DNA of 63,344 nucleotides, filler included. It is 9 parts of 9 records of this genome, joined end to end, with 100 filler letters (N's around TTAATTAATTAA, not from the genome) between each part and the next. Parts side by side here need not be neighbours in the genome. Positions count along the whole stretch, not along the records: positions 58,014 to 63,344 come from SRR31156797_50678; 8 more parts are not named here. One strand, given 5' to 3'. Numbering within the stretch: position 1 is the stretch's first letter; each line of letters opens with the position of its first letter. Positions 61,088 to 63,344 of the stretch are shown one piece after another. The translations under genes were made by a program, and so were the position numbers. The notes below the pieces were generated by a model, which saw only the letters and a list, made by a program, of their open reading frames with translations, searched no databases and was not told the origin of the DNA.

Positions 61088-61492
61088 ATGACGAAACCAA
61101 ATGATATCTATTCAATGGCCCATCTGTTCGTATCGGCAGTTCGGGTTTTGGACTACAAAGAGGGCACCCCGCCATCCCTTGAGGCCGTGTGCCAGTTGAT
61201 CGGTTGTTCGGATGAAAAAGGGAGCTACCTGGTCAACAGGTTGATGGAACTGGGTGTCGTCGGAACGGTTAAGAGCGGCTTCAATGACCGGATCGTCGTT
61301 GGCGACCATCTGGCGATCGAGGATCTGCCGCGAGAGAATGAAGAGAGCCGGCTGGAGCAGGAATTGAAAAAATTTAAAAAGGGCAAGAACGTTATGGAAG
61401 AGAAGGTGGCTTCCATCAGAGCCCAGCAGGACCAGAAAAAGCAGGATCTTTTTGCAGAGATTGAAAAAAAATTGAAAAAGAAGATAACCTAA
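61088..61492 (+). CDS. Conserved-looking hypothetical protein (wHTH-like plus coiled coil)
   Basis: HLFVSAVRVL..PPSLE, DHLAIEDLP, C-terminal coiled coil. Confidence 0.65.
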   Translation: MTKPNDIYSMAHLFVSAVRVLDYKEGTPPSLEAVCQLIGCSDEKGSYLVNRLMELGVVGTVKSGFNDRIVVGDHLAIEDLPRENEESRLEQELKKFKKGKNVMEEKVASIRAQQDQKKQDLFAEIEKKLKKKIT

Positions 61493-61507
61493 ACCGATCT
61501 TTCTTTC

Positions 61508-62134
61508 ATGCGATTCATCCTCCTCTCCCCCCCGCACAGCAGGCCGGACGAACAACAATTGGTCGTTCGGATTCTTCAACAATCCCCGGCCGTTTTCCAC
61601 CTTCGCAAACCCCGATGGGCGGCCGACGATCTGGCCCGGTATCTTCAACGGATTCCGGACAGCCTGCACACCCGTATCATGGTCCACGACCACTGGGAAT
61701 TGCTTGACCGGTTTGATCTCCGGGGGATCCATTTTACGGAGAATGCGCGGCGGGATAAAAAGGAGCTCTTTCGACAGGTATTGAAAGAAAAATCGACCTT
61801 TCGCTTTTCCTCCGCGTTTCATCGAACCACAGACATTGCAAAATTCGATGGCGGCCTGGATTATCTTTTTCTAAGCCCCATCTTCGACAGTATCTCCAAA
61901 CCGGACTATCCGGCCGCTTTTACCCCTATGGAGGTAAGGCCGTTTCTCCAACGTACAGATCATCACGTCATTGCCCTGGGTGGGGTCCATGGGGAGCGAA
62001 TCTTCACTGCTGCAGATCTGGGGTTTGCAGGGGTTGCTGTTCTGGGGGCAGTGTGGGGTTCTGATGATCCGGTTGCCGCGGCTCTGCATTTGGCTGAGAC
62101 GTGTGAACGATTTATCGGTTCAGGGTCTGCATAA
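61508..62134 (+). CDS. Thiamine-phosphate synthase-like (ThiE/TenI family)
   Basis: FHLRKP, IMVHD, GIH, SAFH, DYLFLSPIFDSISK, VIALGGV, GVAVLGAVW. Confidence 0.8.
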   Translation: MRFILLSPPHSRPDEQQLVVRILQQSPAVFHLRKPRWAADDLARYLQRIPDSLHTRIMVHDHWELLDRFDLRGIHFTENARRDKKELFRQVLKEKSTFRFSSAFHRTTDIAKFDGGLDYLFLSPIFDSISKPDYPAAFTPMEVRPFLQRTDHHVIALGGVHGERIFTAADLGFAGVAVLGAVWGSDDPVAAALHLAETCERFIGSGSA

Positions 62135-62206
62135 AACCCTCGGAGGGACTTCGTTGTGATTAGACGGCGGTTCTGCCGCTTATCTCGCACTGTCACAAAA
62201 TTAGAT

Positions 62207-63100
62207 TCAAAAGCTGTCCCTGACCCGAAGAAAAGATGGAAATTTGGGGATGCCAGATTTGTAATACCCGTAATATTTAAACGTGATCAGTGCACCAACG
62301 GGAGGTGGGTTCTCCCTGATATCGTCCGAAAATCCGGTGCCAATTTTGAATCGCGTCTGGCCGCCCGGCAATTCGACCAGAAGGGCGCCCATTCGGTCCC
62401 GGTTCCTCCCGCGTCCGGCTATGTGTGCAACGACCACCGCTTCCATGTCCGAATAGCTTTTTACTTTCAGGATATTCCGGCTCCTGCCGGGGGTATAGGC
62501 GGAACCCCGCCGTCTCAAAATGATTCCCTCACCACCAAGCGCTTCAATCCGTTTCAATTCACTGGATAGATGGGCGTGGCTGTCAACCGGTTGGTGGGCG
62601 ATGACAAAGGCATGGCCGGAAGGGTTTCGGGTAAACCAGTCGGCCGCTTTCCTCAGCCGGACTTCAAAGCTTCCGCTTGCCTTGGGCACGTCGAAAATGG
62701 CGAATTTCAAGTTGAACCAGCCCGCATGGACTTTTTGTCTTTTGACGATCCCCACTGTTTCTTCAAAGGTCTGTCGGCCTCCCCACAGTTCCCCCTCGAC
62801 GGCAAAATCGGGGAAATTTTTCGTAAATGCCTTCGGGGCATGAAACGGATTCCCGTTTTTCGAAAAGAGTTGCTGCCCGTCCCAATAGCCGCGTACCCCG
62901 TCAAGTTTCTCACTCATCAGCCAATTTGAAAACTCGATGCCTTCCTCATAGGACAAAGGCTTCATAATTTCAAATGCCTGTACCTTCGAACCTGCAAAGC
63001 CGGCAATTAGAACAAGTGAAAGGAATACTTTTAGGGCCTTCACCAGTTGGTGCCTGTCCAAACTCAATGGGTCAGAACGTATATACAGGAAAAGTTCCAT
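62207..63100 (-). CDS. Minimal ATP-dependent DNA ligase with signal peptide (Lig E type)
   Basis: SEKLDGVRGYWDG, EGELW, FAIFD, EGIILR, LKVK, OB domain GTGFSD..PKFPSFLRVR; hydrophobic leader ending VQA. The true start may lie slightly downstream. Confidence 0.9.
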   Translation of the reverse strand: MELFLYIRSDPLSLDRHQLVKALKVFLSLVLIAGFAGSKVQAFEIMKPLSYEEGIEFSNWLMSEKLDGVRGYWDGQQLFSKNGNPFHAPKAFTKNFPDFAVEGELWGGRQTFEETVGIVKRQKVHAGWFNLKFAIFDVPKASGSFEVRLRKAADWFTRNPSGHAFVIAHQPVDSHAHLSSELKRIEALGGEGIILRRRGSAYTPGRSRNILKVKSYSDMEAVVVAHIAGRGRNRDRMGALLVELPGGQTRFKIGTGFSDDIRENPPPVGALITFKYYGYYKSGIPKFPSFLRVRDSF

Positions 63101-63315
63101 GTTTCCATTATCGGTGTTTTCAGGAACGAGGTTAAGCTTTCAGATCCAAAAAGGAGGCAATATCGATTCGGATTTTTGAATATAGGATTGAAGAATTTTG
63201 ATTGTTGGCTTATAAACCACAGGTTCCCTGCCCATCTCTCTTTAAGATTTTTCTTTCTGAGCGAATTGATGTTGCGTCATATTGCTAAAAATTTGGTGTC
63301 GAGGGTCATTCTACT

Positions 63316-63344
63316 TAGTGTCCATCCAGAAATAGGGAAATTTG
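63316..63344 (+). mobile_element. End of a MITE/IS-like repeat cut by the window end
   Basis: TAGTGTCCATCCAGAAATAGGG, related to the motif at 57862. Confidence 0.45.

Overview
This window is not one locus. It is nine unrelated contigs (1-5655, 5756-12868, 12969-19404, 19505-26761, 26862-36303, 36404-42132, 42233-48383, 48484-57913, 58014-63344) joined by artificial 100-nt linkers (N44-TTAATTAATTAA-N44), so gene neighbourhood is only meaningful within a contig. Most contigs look like anaerobic Desulfobacterota-type DNA, and contig 3 looks FCB-group because of its YPNPFNP C-terminal sorting domain; both assignments are inferences. Contents: (1) a truncated IS-like element with a terminal hairpin, bioF-bioD-rhodanese-DoxX and TetR; (2) a Mo-hydroxylase large subunit, TRAP transporter, CoA ligase and acyl-CoA dehydrogenase; (3) a secreted CotH kinase, VTC polyphosphate-polymerase-domain protein, DUF4956 and DUF2490-like operon; (4) a tungsten AOR and FAD oxidoreductase followed by three SPFH genes (flotillin, HflK, HflC); (5) PadR-FetAB, MntP, MATE, CvfB and RapA; (6) type IV pilus/T2SS genes; (7) DinB/ImuB-like, DnaE2 and a nuclease-fused Fe-S helicase; (8) a methyltransferase plus metal-chelate ABC operon with a structured leader, and DsrE and rhodanese genes sharing an ECF-type promoter motif; (9) pyrG, eno, a thiE-like gene and a secreted ATP-dependent DNA ligase. 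The best candidate for an uncharacterised system is the CotH-VTC-DUF4956-DUF2490 operon, a possible polyphosphate synthesis/export and surface-phosphorylation module. Next are the AOR-SPFH operon, the mutasome-helicase cassette and the leader RNA at about 55.6 kb. No rRNA, tRNA or CRISPR array was seen. All family assignments come from motif recognition, not database searches.
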